Below, one piece after another: positions 28,042 through 38,443 of a stretch of DNA of 64,000 bases. This DNA comes from a virus: positions 19,417 to 83,416 of the IMG/VR virus record IMGVR_UViG_3300028837_004134, one strand, 5' to 3'. The translations under genes were made by a program, and so were the position numbers. Each line of letters starts with the position of its first letter. The first letter of the stretch is position 1. The notes under the pieces are model-generated. The model worked only from the letters and a program-made list of their open reading frames with translations, was not told where the DNA came from and did no database searches.

Positions 28042-30059
28042 TCCGTCACCTCCGCGAGCATGTCCGCGATTTCGTTTTCGATCTTCTTGAGATCGGCCTC
28101 GATCTCCTCCAGCGGTCTGGGCGGCGTGTACTTATAGAAATAGTGATTGAAATTGATCTCGTATCCGATCCTGGTCTTTGACTCGTCAATCCATGCATCC
28201 GGAACGTGCGGCAGCACCTCGCGTTTCATGTACTCTTCGACGTCTTCTTTGAGAGGTACGTTTTCGTAGTCACGCAGCTCTGGATCAGGCTCCGGATTGC
28301 CCTTGGCGTCGGTGCAGACATCCGCCGTCTCGTCCCGCTCAGCCAGGGATATGAGCATTACTTTGAAAAGAGCCGCCGGAACATTGATCTCCGTATCCTT
28401 GAACAACGCCTTCATCATGGCCGCGAACTCGCTGCGGTTTTTCACCACGCCCTTAGGAGTGAGACCTTGGAGCACCGAGAGGATGGACTTCTGGAGTTTC
28501 AAGCCCTCCTCAATCTCGGCCTGTGCTGCCTTCGTATCCTTGCGCTTCTTGCTGGTAGCGAGGTTGGCGAAGGGCGCGGTCTCCTTGAGGCGTGTGATTC
28601 GAGCCTCGTCCACCGCGAAGTTGAGTCGCAAAGGTCGTTCGACGGTGATGCGCCGGTAGCCGAAGTCCTCGTTGTCGAAGACACGGATATGCTCTCCTTC
28701 CTTGAGAGTCCCGTAGCGCCGTGTGATGTCGTCGCGTTGGTCTTCGCAAACTTCGTGGCGTTTGTTACCGAGGGACTTGCGCATTTTCTTGAAGAAGCCG
28801 GTTCCGTCCACCAGTTGAATCTTACCCCGCCGCTGCTTGACTTTGCGGTTCGTAACGATCCAGAGATACGTATAGATGCCGGTGTTGTAGAAAAGCTGAT
28901 CGGGCAGGGCGACGATGGCCTCAAGCCAATCATTCTCGATGATCCAACGACGGATTTCGCTCTCTCCCGATCCTGCCGAGCCAGTGAAAAGTGGCGAACC
29001 ATTGAAGACGATGGCCAGGCGCGTTCCGCCCTCCTTCGGGTCCTTCATTTTGCTGATCATGTGTTGCAGGAACAGGAGAGACCCGTCGTTTATGCGCGGT
29101 AGCCCAGCACCAAACCGACCTCCGAAGCCCTGCTCTTCGTGTTCTCGCTTGATGAAATCGGCTTCAGGCTTCCATTCCACGCCAAAAGGTGGATTGGCCA
29201 GCATGTAATCGAACTTCTTACCGGCCATGTAGTCATTTGTGAAACTGTCGCCGAACCGGATGTGGTCTATGTTCTGGCCCTTGATCATCATGTCCGACCC
29301 GCAGATAGCATATGCTTGGGCGTTATAGTCCTGACCGAAGACTTCCAGACGGGCATCTGGGTTAAGCTCGCGGACGTAATCCTCGGCAACGGATAACATA
29401 CCTCCGGTTCCGCAGGCCGGATCGTAGAGTGTCTTGACTATGCCCTTGGTAGTGAGAATATCGTTGTCCGGCAGGAAGAGAAGATCGACCATCAAACGAA
29501 TGACCTCACGAGGCGTGAAGTGATCGCCGGCTTCCTCGTTCGACGCTTCGTTGAATCTCCTGATGAGTTCCTCGAAGATGTAACCCATTTCCAAATTGGA
29601 CACCTTGTCGGGGTGTAGGTCGATCTTGTCGATATCGCAGAATTTCGAGACCACAAGATATAGGCGGTCAGCCTTGTCGAGCTTGGCGATGTGTTCCTCG
29701 AAACCGAAGTGCTCGATGATCTCTCGGGCACGGGTGGAGAAACTCTTTATGTAATGCGTTAGATTCCTGACTATATTGTCGGGATCGCCTTTGAGCTTCT
29801 CGAAGGTGTAGCGGCTGGTGTTGTAAAATGGCACTCCCGTGACCCGGCAGAGAATAGGGTCAACCCTCTTGACCTTGCCGCCTGAGAGTTTTTTCTGTCT
29901 TTCGAGTACCTTCTCCTTGGTAGGTTCCAACACGCAGTCGAGCCGACGCAGGACGGTCAGGGGAAGCATGACGTCCTTGTACTGGTTGGGCCGGTATGGC
30001 CCGCGCAGGAGGTCAGCCACAGACCAAATGAAGCTAACCTTATCGCCGAAGTTATTCAC
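28038..30059 (-). CDS. hsdM: Type I R-M methyltransferase subunit
   Basis: FIWSVADLLRG, HFTPREV, YDPACGTGGML, NPPF. Confidence 0.96.
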   Translation of the reverse strand: MNNFGDKVSFIWSVADLLRGPYRPNQYKDVMLPLTVLRRLDCVLEPTKEKVLERQKKLSGGKVKRVDPILCRVTGVPFYNTSRYTFEKLKGDPDNIVRNLTHYIKSFSTRAREIIEHFGFEEHIAKLDKADRLYLVVSKFCDIDKIDLHPDKVSNLEMGYIFEELIRRFNEASNEEAGDHFTPREVIRLMVDLLFLPDNDILTTKGIVKTLYDPACGTGGMLSVAEDYVRELNPDARLEVFGQDYNAQAYAICGSDMMIKGQNIDHIRFGDSFTNDYMAGKKFDYMLANPPFGVEWKPEADFIKREHEEQGFGGRFGAGLPRINDGSLLFLQHMISKMKDPKEGGTRLAIVFNGSPLFTGSAGSGESEIRRWIIENDWLEAIVALPDQLFYNTGIYTYLWIVTNRKVKQRRGKIQLVDGTGFFKKMRKSLGNKRHEVCEDQRDDITRRYGTLKEGEHIRVFDNEDFGYRRITVERPLRLNFAVDEARITRLKETAPFANLATSKKRKDTKAAQAEIEEGLKLQKSILSVLQGLTPKGVVKNRSEFAAMMKALFKDTEINVPAALFKVMLISLAERDETADVCTDAKGNPEPDPELRDYENVPLKEDVEEYMKREVLPHVPDAWIDESKTRIGYEINFNHYFYKYTPPRPLEEIEADLKKIENEIADMLAEVTE

Positions 30060-30120
30060 GACCGCTCCTCATTCTCTCTCCGCATCTTCCGCCGATACCT
30101 CTTCCTTCCCACCTGATCCC

Positions 30121-30336
30121 TTAGGGCAGCTTCAGGCTGCCTTGCTTGGTCCTCTTGGCGCAAAAGGCGTCAAGTTGGGCCTTCGCCAGTTTCGATGGTT
30201 TAGCCTGGCCGTTTTCCCATCGATTTACAGTGGCGAAGCTTACGCCCAATTCACGTGCAAGGTCTTCCTGGCTGAGGCCGAGTTGATTGCGAACCTCTTT
30301 TACCAGCGTGGGATAATCTCTCTCTTTAGGAGCCAT
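30121..30336 (-). CDS. XRE-family HTH regulator (possible R-M controller)
   Basis: LGLSQEDLARELGVSFATVNRWENG. Confidence 0.85.
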   Translation of the reverse strand: MAPKERDYPTLVKEVRNQLGLSQEDLARELGVSFATVNRWENGQAKPSKLAKAQLDAFCAKRTKQGSLKLP

Positions 30337-30542
30337 CGACTCTTCCTCTGCATAGTGGGCATAGAGCACCGAGGTTACCAGTCAACATTGCATACGTTAT
30401 AACACTTGAAAACGAAAATCAAGGGAAATCTCAGGGTCGTGTGAGAACCCGCCCTTGCGGTCACTTCAGCTATATCTCTTCTGAAAGTGACACTGCTTTG
30501 TGAGAAGCGTGTCTTGAGATTGTCAACAGCGAGGTTTCGCGG

Positions 30543-30770
30543 TCAACTCTTTTTCCACTCAGTTCCGGCATATTTCTCCCACTTGCCGCCGCCGGAGAGC
30601 TCGGTGTTGAACCACTCGTCGCCGAGGGCCGGGTTGGGGATAGCCGCGTCCCGTTCGGCCTCGGTGCCGATGCCCCGCCGGATGCCCGTTAGCGGTATCA
30701 ATCCCTGGCCGAGGCGGTCCGCCGCCTGAAGAAAAAGACGGTTGGTTCCGCCGCGCCGCTGCCTCCGTCG
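30543..30770 (-). pseudogene. 3' remnant of a tail-fibre-like structural gene
   Basis: Frame without a clear start: GTEAERDAAIPNPALGDEWFNTE..KWEKYAGTEW*. Confidence 0.4.
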
Positions 30771-31281
30771 CCGCTACCTCGGCCTGAGCATGAACAACAA
30801 TAAAAAACCAGGGATCAGAGGAAAGTACCAGGAGAGCAACCAATGGAAGAACGAGGTCAAGAAGTGAGGAGCGAGGAATCGTAGAATGCGATTGACAGTC
30901 TCTGATTAGACCGTTAACTTAGAGCCAGGGTGCTACACCTTTCGACCGCCCTTTAGGATGCTTTTGCTCCGCCGATTGTAGCGGAATGAAATCACGGAGA
31001 GAAATAGAAGCCACAGGGGCATTCCGGAGGTAGGAAAACCGGCTGATCTTACCCGTTCTGTAGGTTTCCAATCTGTGCGGATTCGCGTAAACACTACTAC
31101 GGCGTACGGTATAATCAGATCTAACTACTTCCAACCCAGTGCCGACTTGCTGTCTCCTGACAATGTCGATGCCGCGTTTTCGGCACTTCCGGAAAGGCCG
31201 ATGCCGCAAGACAAGCACTTCCGAAACAGGGGGTGCCGCGAAATCGCGCGTTTCCAAAATGGAGATGCCGCAAAATCGCAC

Positions 31282-32853
31282 TTAGCCAAGCGTCGATCGC
31301 CTATCGCCTCCAATGACCGTCACCCTCACCGAGCTCATGGCCAACCTGACACGATGTACTGACGCTACCAACCAGGCGTACGTGAACGCCATGCTGAAAT
31401 GATCGACTCCCGTGCGGATATACCTGTACCTCTTCTCTCCGGTCTCCTCGTTCTCGTTCAGCATCCGGGCGTCCGCCGCCATGTGCTGCGCGAACTCCTC
31501 GACGATCGGCTGGCGGCGCGGCAGAATCACCTGTTTGTCACGAATTGCCGCCCTGGATGCGTCCAGCGCCTCCGTGCGATTCACCTGGACTGTATAGGAT
31601 TTGCTGTCCCACATGGGCCTCCCGCGTTGGTTCTCGTTGAAGAAGCAGAGGAAGACCTGCCTCGGATGCCGACGCGCGAAGTCGCGAGTGGCATGAGTCT
31701 CTGGTAGGCCGTCGATCACACACCGCCGAACGTCAAACCGCTTCATCAAGATATCGAGTTCCGAGAAATCGCGACATGTAGCCAGGTGTATCAGATGCTG
31801 CTTTTTGCTATCATTGCGCTCCTCGTTCTCTTCCCTCCGCAGGATCACCGCGTGTAGGTACTTGCCGGTATCGACCCCCATAAAGCACGTGCCATCGTCG
31901 TTGCTTTCTTGCATCGGAGTGTCGGTGCACAGGGACAGCACGGACATGACGTCCAGCTGCCTCTCAATATCAGCCCAGGGAACACCTATCTTGAGATTGT
32001 AGAACCGATCGGGAAACCGTGTTGTCCGATACTCCTCGAGGATTTCACCGGGATCGATCTTGGACGAGAACAGTTGCGAGATGCGATATCCGTGAATCGT
32101 TCGACCTGGCAGATCAGCAACCCATTCACCGACTGCGATATCAAGTTCGCGGTTGCATTTCAGACATGCAAGGTAATGCGTGCCATCCCGCCGAGGACGG
32201 ATGATCCTGACCTCCTCGCCCAACTTAGTCGGGAACTCCTTAGCGGGAGCCGTCCATTGCCGACAGCGCGGGCAGCGCAGTGTCCAGTGCCGCTGATCCG
32301 ATTTCTGATACTGTTCATCGATGCCATAATCGGGAAGTGAGGGATTCGAGAGTTCGACAATACGCTTGTAATCCGAGTGAGCAAGGCGTTCCTTGGCCAT
32401 CGCCTTGGCTGCCGGAGATGTCTCATCCAGCTCGTCGAAGACGATCATGTCCGCAGGTACTGACTTCATTCCGACAGTTGACTGCATGCCGCGGAGGTAC
32501 AGGTAGGATTCTCCAATTCTCTTCAAGCCGGCCGTATCGGTGTCAGTCATCATCCGAGAGAGGAAGGGATTGTCTTCGAGAAGCGGGCTCACGCGCGATT
32601 TCGAAAACTCAATCACATCGGTCCTGGTGGGAAAGAAGTAGACAACATTGAGTCCGGTAAGACAAGCGTGCAGACTTCTGAGAATCGCCCAGGTTGTGCC
32701 ACCGATCTGTGCCGCCTTGCTCAGGATCACGTGAGGAGATGTGTCGTCATAGATTGCCCGCAGGTATTCGTGCCCCTCGAACCGCAACGGTCGGCCTTCC
32801 AAACGGATACGTGCCACAGCCCACTCGGCAAGCGGATCACTGATTGCCCGCAT
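31282..32853 (-). CDS. Phage terminase large subunit (GpA-like)
   Basis: KAAQIGGTT, IVFDELDE, LSNPS, CxxC, FMGVDTG, DHFSMA. Confidence 0.85.
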   Translation of the reverse strand: MRAISDPLAEWAVARIRLEGRPLRFEGHEYLRAIYDDTSPHVILSKAAQIGGTTWAILRSLHACLTGLNVVYFFPTRTDVIEFSKSRVSPLLEDNPFLSRMMTDTDTAGLKRIGESYLYLRGMQSTVGMKSVPADMIVFDELDETSPAAKAMAKERLAHSDYKRIVELSNPSLPDYGIDEQYQKSDQRHWTLRCPRCRQWTAPAKEFPTKLGEEVRIIRPRRDGTHYLACLKCNRELDIAVGEWVADLPGRTIHGYRISQLFSSKIDPGEILEEYRTTRFPDRFYNLKIGVPWADIERQLDVMSVLSLCTDTPMQESNDDGTCFMGVDTGKYLHAVILRREENEERNDSKKQHLIHLATCRDFSELDILMKRFDVRRCVIDGLPETHATRDFARRHPRQVFLCFFNENQRGRPMWDSKSYTVQVNRTEALDASRAAIRDKQVILPRRQPIVEEFAQHMAADARMLNENEETGEKRYRYIRTGVDHFSMAFTYAWLVASVHRVRLAMSSVRVTVIGGDRRSTLG

Positions 32854-33409
32854 CGCTGGACTTGCCAGTTCCGGTACCCTCCTCCTCAGGTAGAGCTGCG
32901 AGAATCTGGCGACGGATGCGGTCGCGTGTCTTCTCATCTGGTACATTCTCCTTGACTGCGTCGATAAACGTATCGATCACGCGCCTGATCTCAGCCTGAG
33001 ACTGGGCGCGGATCGTCTCCTCGGTTTCGCCTGTCGTTGAAAGGCCCTTCGCAAGACGTTGTCCCTTCTGCGATCGCTCCAGGATGCCTGCGATGCGTTC
33101 CAACTCTCGGATGTCGCTTATCTGCCGACCTTTGAGGTCTTCGGCGAGCTTGGCCAGCAGCAGTTCCCACAGTCGGTAGTGACGAACGTTGAGCGTAACT
33201 CGATCGTCGGCAATCTTCTCGACGAACATCTCGGCTGCTCGTCGGTCGACCTTGAATCTCAGGTTATCCCAGTCTTCGTCCTTGCGCCATTTACCTATTG
33301 TGTGGGGCTTAACGTGCAGCTGTCGGGCTATATCCGCATTGGTATCCCACTCTCCAGTGAGGAACATCTGGCGGGCCCGCTCGCACAGCTTCCTATGGTT
33401 CTTTTTCAT
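32837..33409 (-). CDS. HTH protein, putative terminase small subunit
   Basis: ADIARQLHVKPHTIGKWRKDEDWD; overlaps the terL start. Confidence 0.6.
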   Translation of the reverse strand: MKKNHRKLCERARQMFLTGEWDTNADIARQLHVKPHTIGKWRKDEDWDNLRFKVDRRAAEMFVEKIADDRVTLNVRHYRLWELLLAKLAEDLKGRQISDIRELERIAGILERSQKGQRLAKGLSTTGETEETIRAQSQAEIRRVIDTFIDAVKENVPDEKTRDRIRRQILAALPEEEGTGTGKSSDAGNQ

Positions 33410-34091
33410 GATGCCCCTTCATGAAATACGCCGCCAGGTTGGTCAGACCTCTGGCCTTACGATCCCTGCCGGGCGTGCCGTCGCTCGCGAGATCCACAGC
33501 TTCTTCGATGAGTTGTTCCTGATCCGGAGTTACTACGAACGACAGGACACGCGGCAGTACCTTTTCCTCCTCCTCGGCTTGCTCATCCAGCAGGGCCGCT
33601 ACTTCCTCGGCCGGGAACTCCAGCAAGGTGTGCAGGTCCTGCAGTTGTCCATCCGTCTCAGGTAGCAGGCCAGCCAGGTCACTCATGCTCATATCACCCA
33701 GCAGCTCATGGATAAGCTGAGCGCGGCGGATCGGGACGTCCTGTCCCTCGAGTCGGTTCAGGGTGGCCAAGAGCACATTTGCCTCTCTGTCGTCAACCTC
33801 CCAGATATCGCATAGAGCCTCGGTATGACCCAACTCCTTGAGGACCGCAATGCGATGATGGCCGTCCAATACCTGATACTTGTCCGACTGCTCAGGTTGC
33901 GGCCGGACGATAAGATACGGGTAACGCCCGGTGCGCTTGATGTGGACTTTCAGTTTCTCCCGCATCTCGTCGGACATGACATTAGCGTTGAAAGGGTGCG
34001 GCACGAGGTCGCATAATCGAATCTGCCTTGGGCCGACCCGCGTTGCCATGTGTTGCGCTGGTGTCGAAGCGATATCTCTGTTTTCAGGCAA
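33393..34091 (-). CDS. ParB/Srx N-terminal domain protein
   Basis: LVPHPFNANVM..YQVLDGHHR..LNRLEG. Confidence 0.85.
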   Translation of the reverse strand: MPENRDIASTPAQHMATRVGPRQIRLCDLVPHPFNANVMSDEMREKLKVHIKRTGRYPYLIVRPQPEQSDKYQVLDGHHRIAVLKELGHTEALCDIWEVDDREANVLLATLNRLEGQDVPIRRAQLIHELLGDMSMSDLAGLLPETDGQLQDLHTLLEFPAEEVAALLDEQAEEEEKVLPRVLSFVVTPDQEQLIEEAVDLASDGTPGRDRKARGLTNLAAYFMKGHHEKEP

Positions 34092-35184
34092 TTCTCATTC
34101 CTCCTTCTGCCTTCACAGATTCCAGCAGGAGCTTGGCAGCCGGGTTCCATGCAACCAGGATGAACTCCCGGTTCTGCCGCCTCTTCTCTTCGCTCGCCAC
34201 GGAGGCTTTGTGCATATACTTGACTGCGGTGGAACGAACCTCTCGCCCATGCCTTCGCATTCGCTGCTCTAACTCCTCGAGCGTCACCTCGGCATTGCCA
34301 AGACTCAGAATCCAAACCGGGATGTGCTTCGCATGGTCGAAGAGTGAATCGAGCATGGCGGCGCCGCCTTTGGCACTGAACGGACTTTTCTCAAGAGATG
34401 AACCTTCCAGGATTTCGTCGATGATCTTGTATTCTTTCTCGTATGAAGCAACTCCAGGATACGGCGGATCGAAGTAGGCGATGTCAGCGTAAATCGTCGG
34501 CAGGGTCTGGACGATGTCAGCCTTCACAACCTTCGCTTCTCCCTGAAAGACTCCACCGTTAATCTGCTCAGCCAGCCTCCACAACCGCTCGGGACGGCCA
34601 AGGCGAAGTCCGTTCACATAGTCACCAACGCAGCTCGGAGTGATTGATTCGAACTCGCCTGTTGTCAAACGGTGGATCGTGCCGCGACGTACCGAGGACA
34701 TTGAGTGTGCCAGCAAAGCCACGCGGATCGCAAGGAGTTGCAGGAGTGCGCCTTTGACCGCGTCCCGGGCCTCTGCTGCAGTTGCCAGAATGCGGTCGAG
34801 CAGTCGCGCCTGTGATTGTGTGAATACGGCCGGGACGTATCTCTGTTGAATCGGCCCTGGTGGATTGCCGTTCCCGGCTGCGACCCGTAGAATGTCCTCG
34901 CGGGCGAACCGAACGCTGCTGTTCTCTATCAGTGCCCGGCCAACAACGATCGAACGTTCGGCGATGTCTGTTGCCACCACCCTCAGGCCCTGGGCTTTGG
35001 CATACAGACTGATCGACCCGCCGCCAAGGAAGCCATCCAGAAAGGTCAGGTTCGGCCATGTCCGCCTCGGCAGGATACGATCCAGCTCCCTGAAGATCAG
35101 CGGACAAAGACGCCGCTTCCCTCCTAGATAGGGCGGCAATGCGCTCCAAATTGATAGCCTTCTGCGGCCCGAAGTCCTTTTCAC
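34084..35184 (-). CDS. DNA adenine methyltransferase (D12-class-like)
   Basis: PYLGGKRRL, DGFLGGGSIS, YFDPPY; GTG start with GGAGG SD. Confidence 0.88.
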   Translation of the reverse strand: MKRTSGRRRLSIWSALPPYLGGKRRLCPLIFRELDRILPRRTWPNLTFLDGFLGGGSISLYAKAQGLRVVATDIAERSIVVGRALIENSSVRFAREDILRVAAGNGNPPGPIQQRYVPAVFTQSQARLLDRILATAAEARDAVKGALLQLLAIRVALLAHSMSSVRRGTIHRLTTGEFESITPSCVGDYVNGLRLGRPERLWRLAEQINGGVFQGEAKVVKADIVQTLPTIYADIAYFDPPYPGVASYEKEYKIIDEILEGSSLEKSPFSAKGGAAMLDSLFDHAKHIPVWILSLGNAEVTLEELEQRMRRHGREVRSTAVKYMHKASVASEEKRRQNREFILVAWNPAAKLLLESVKAEGGMRIA

Positions 35185-35356
35185 TTCACTACCTCCAGCC
35201 CTGCAACGCGTCCGCCTCAGGACGACCATGAAAGCCCTTCTTTCTCGCGAAACATGTATCGAATGACTTGACTTCCAGCGCATTAAAGGCCTGTGTGTAG
35301 ATGTGCGTAACGCTATGATATACAATAAGTTGAATCTCCTGAAAGGAGGAAACTCT

Positions 35357-35716
35357 ATGAGTGAAACACTGCATGATGCCGCTCAGGCCTACCTGGAACA
35401 CCTTCGGGGTCAGGGCAAAAAGGAGCGGACGCTCTACACCTACGGGAAGGACTTCGAGCAGATCGAGTCCTTCTTCGGGGCGGAGCGGAAGCTCGCTGCC
35501 ATTCTCACACAGCATGTCGGGAAATTCTTCAAATCGGATGCGCTCCTGAAACTGCCCAGCGGCAAGAAGCGGGCGAAGCCCACCGTGGAGAAGACCAGGC
35601 GGGTGTTCAGGATGTTCCTGATCTGGGCCAAAGAAACTGGCCGTATCGACAAGCTGCCGCTGCCCAAGGACACGCCCATGGGCCGAAGTCAGAAGGAAGG
35701 CGAGGACAATGAATAG
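35357..35716 (+). CDS. Integrase N-terminal (core-binding)-like small protein
   Basis: YLEHLRGQGKKERTLYTYGKD..RVFRMFLIWA; AGGAGG SD; overlaps the recombinase. Confidence 0.7.
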   Translation: MSETLHDAAQAYLEHLRGQGKKERTLYTYGKDFEQIESFFGAERKLAAILTQHVGKFFKSDALLKLPSGKKRAKPTVEKTRRVFRMFLIWAKETGRIDKLPLPKDTPMGRSQKEGEDNE

Positions 35717-36647
35717 TATCGCTGCTCGTGCGGTACGGTTGATGCCTGCGCCCGATCTTGTCGAAGAGGCCATCCAGACCTTCGGCCGCAGACTCGAAGC
35801 GCACGGGCGCTCACCGAACACAGTGAGCGCGTATCTGCAAGACCTGCGCACGCTCGCCAAAGTTCTGACCTCGATTTGTCCTGACCTCTCCATGGACCAG
35901 GTGACCCCTGGAATACTCGACAAGGTCCTTACCGATCCGACCGTGACCGAGACAGCGGGCGGTGCGCCGCGTTCAGCCGCGTCACGGCACCGATTCAAGG
36001 CCGCTGTGCGGTCCTTCTTTGCCTGGGCCGAGGAGACAGGGCTTGTTCCGGAAAACCCGGCCCGGTCGGTCACTATGCGCAGACTGCCGCGTACGCTCCC
36101 GGTGTTTCTCACTGAGGCTGAGAAGCGCCGGTTGCTCAAGGAACTCCGCGGACGGTCATCGATACTGGCACGACGGGATCGGGTCATCGTCGAGCTATTC
36201 CTGGGAACCGGCATCCGGCTCCAGGAGCTTGTCTCTCTGGACATCGACGACGTTGACCTCGACGCCAAGCATATGCGCATCCGCGCCAAGGGTAACGTGC
36301 CGCAGGTGAAGTTCCTCAAGTCCAACCTTCGTTCCCTCCTACGCCGATACCTCGCGGAGCGCCGAAAGCAGGGCACCGCCAGCGTTGCGCTCTTCCTCTC
36401 CAACCGTACATCGCGTCTCTCGTCGAGGCAGGTGGCCAACCGCGTCAAGTTCTGGCTGGCCGAGGCGGGTATTGAAAAGAGTCTCGGGCCTCACGGGCTG
36501 CGACACAGCTTCGCCACTCACCTGTATGCCGCCACGTGCGACCTGCTCGTGGTCAAACGAGCGCTTGGCCACCGGGACATCTCGACCACGGAGATCTATA
36601 CCCACCTGGTGGACGGAGCCCTTGAAGAGGCCCTCGAACGGCTCTGA
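35709..36647 (+). CDS. Tyrosine recombinase (XerC/D-like)
   Basis: TGIRLQE, KG, HGLRHSFATH, LGHRDISTTEIY. Confidence 0.93.
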   Translation: MNSIAARAVRLMPAPDLVEEAIQTFGRRLEAHGRSPNTVSAYLQDLRTLAKVLTSICPDLSMDQVTPGILDKVLTDPTVTETAGGAPRSAASRHRFKAAVRSFFAWAEETGLVPENPARSVTMRRLPRTLPVFLTEAEKRRLLKELRGRSSILARRDRVIVELFLGTGIRLQELVSLDIDDVDLDAKHMRIRAKGNVPQVKFLKSNLRSLLRRYLAERRKQGTASVALFLSNRTSRLSSRQVANRVKFWLAEAGIEKSLGPHGLRHSFATHLYAATCDLLVVKRALGHRDISTTEIYTHLVDGALEEALERL

Positions 36648-36952
36648 CCCGCAGACGGGCACGAGAGCCTTGCGGTCCCTTGGGACCGCGTTCTCGTTCG
36701 GGGCGGTGGATACTCTTCCGATAGTGATCCCACAGTCCCCGTGTCCGAACACATTCCCGAAGCCTTCCGGTGCTTCCTCTTTGGGGCGGGCCTGCTGTAC
36801 GGAAGAAACGGTTGATTGAAACTTCCTGGAACAGGGGTTATAGGAACTTCCTACGGCTGGCAGCGCCGTAAGTCCCGGTGGTTCCGAGGTCGTTCCGCAG
36901 GCCGTCCTGGTGTTATCGGCAATCATTTTCGCGTTTTCGTTCCCTTGGCCGT

Positions 36953-37429
36953 CTACTTGGCCGGTTTCTTCTTTGATTCGGTCAGCTTTTCCAGCAGCGC
37001 CGTGGCCCATTCCGCCGGGGTAGTCTCCGGTCCCTTGGCCGCCTCGCCCTCCCGGGCGATCTTCGTTGCCTTCAAGTCCTTAAGGTGACAGCGGATCATG
37101 CGATCCAGTTTCTCGGCGGCGTCCCAGTCGCCGGCCTCCTGGGCTCGGCCCAGCTTGAGAAAATAGACCGCCACCAATTCGACCTGCATGAAGTCCGAAC
37201 TCTTGTTGAACACGAAGTCCTGATAGAGCTGGCCGATGGTGGTCTCGAAAAGGGGCTTCTCGTCGTCGGCGAGGAACCGGTTGGCATAAATGCCGTGGCG
37301 CATTGAGTTCAGGTTCCCTTCCGGAGCGCCGTGTTTCCGTTCGGCTCCCGAGTTCCGTTGCCAGCGATCCAGGTGCATCTCGTCCTTCTTGTTGAGATGT
37401 CCGTCGTTCTGTTTCGCTGTATCTACCAT
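36953..37429 (-). CDS. Hypothetical protein with small-terminase-like GAPxGNxN..HG motif
   Basis: GAPEGNLNSMRHGIYA; preceded by promoter motif copy 3. Confidence 0.6.
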   Translation of the reverse strand: MVDTAKQNDGHLNKKDEMHLDRWQRNSGAERKHGAPEGNLNSMRHGIYANRFLADDEKPLFETTIGQLYQDFVFNKSSDFMQVELVAVYFLKLGRAQEAGDWDAAEKLDRMIRCHLKDLKATKIAREGEAAKGPETTPAEWATALLEKLTESKKKPAK

Positions 37430-37507
37430 GGTCCTCTCGCTCGTGGTCCCAAACCGGGGTTCGGGGCGGAAGGCGAATTTCGCCACCCGTGGGGAGAACC
37501 CCACCAT

Positions 37508-37538
37508 TACCTACCGGCGGGAGTCGTGATATGTCGAA
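37508..37538 (-). promoter_or_regulatory. Element sigma-type promoter motif copy 3
   Basis: TTCGAC-N15-CCGGTAGGTA. Confidence 0.7.
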
Positions 37539-37781
37539 AAAGCGGTGTGACATTTGCCGTAGGGATAATATATTACTCGAGTGTAGTTTGTACGACCAGT
37601 GTGGAACAAATCGCCTTCGCGGGATGGAGGGAGATAAGCCGTTGAAGGCGAAAAGCGTTACATCGACAGTCAAGAACGCGCGATGGCGGTTTATGTGGAA
37701 AAGAACAGTCTATGGTTGCCGTATTATACAGACTGTATAATCATTGTTAGCTTCATAGATGAATATTCAGGGAGAACAATC

Positions 37782-38390
37782 GTGACAAGCCAAATTGGAC
37801 AGAAAGCACACCGACTGGGAATTCTGTTTCAGATGTTCGCGGGACGCTTGGTCAATTTCGCCATAGAAAAGGATACATCCGCCGTCAGCAAACTTGACGA
37901 AACGAAGTCAATCCTTCAAGACGCAATTCGATCATTGGATATTTCTGTTTCCTTACCAGATCTACATTCCGAGGAGGAAATTGTGGAGTTCTTCCAGCAG
38001 GGCTTCCCGAAACTAATTATGGAGATTGGCAAAAGGCTTGCAGTATTACACGGTACTGACGCAAGCAATATCTTTCACTTCAGCACTGATGCTGCAGGAT
38101 ATCTTCAAACACATAGGCAGGCAAACATGGCGGCCGACCAGTTCGAAGTGTTACGCGGGTCCTTGGAACAGCAAGCACAGGACTTAAGGGTTGATTCAAA
38201 GCGAATGCAGAGATTCTTCCTGAATCCAGAGGACGAGTGGGATGGGCTTTTCCAGGATTTACTTGTAGACAAGAAAGAAGGTTGGACTGACCTTGTCGAG
38301 GTCAAGCCAGGAATTGCTGGGTTAAGTTTCGATCTAAAGAAAGCGGTTTCTCTAATATCAGCCTGGATAAGCAAAAAAGACAGAAGCTAA
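37782..38390 (+). CDS. Integron gene-cassette ORF, hypothetical protein
   Basis: Preceded by GTTAGCT (37746-37752); stop lies in the complementary AGCTAAC; C-terminal VEVKPGIAGLSFDLK. Confidence 0.75.
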   Translation: MTSQIGQKAHRLGILFQMFAGRLVNFAIEKDTSAVSKLDETKSILQDAIRSLDISVSLPDLHSEEEIVEFFQQGFPKLIMEIGKRLAVLHGTDASNIFHFSTDAAGYLQTHRQANMAADQFEVLRGSLEQQAQDLRVDSKRMQRFFLNPEDEWDGLFQDLLVDKKEGWTDLVEVKPGIAGLSFDLKKAVSLISAWISKKDRS

Positions 38391-38443
38391 CAAGGAGCTG
38401 AAGACGACACAGTAAACCGCGCCCCTCAGCTCCCGCGTTAGGC
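38385..38443 (+). other. Integron attC site (59 bp)
   Basis: AGCTAAC..GGAGCTGA..TCAGCTCC..GTTAGGC. Confidence 0.8.

Noticed and set aside
35189-36448. 419-aa minus-strand ORF and similar long antisense ORFs (e.g. 4859-5803, 17604-18515, 20362-21249, 28206-29102)
   Set aside because: Shadow frames opposite well-supported genes in GC-rich DNA.
35709-36647. Tyrosine recombinase as the integron integrase for the nearby attC sites
   Set aside because: Lacks the IntI-specific insertion between patches II and III; XerC-like length and motifs.
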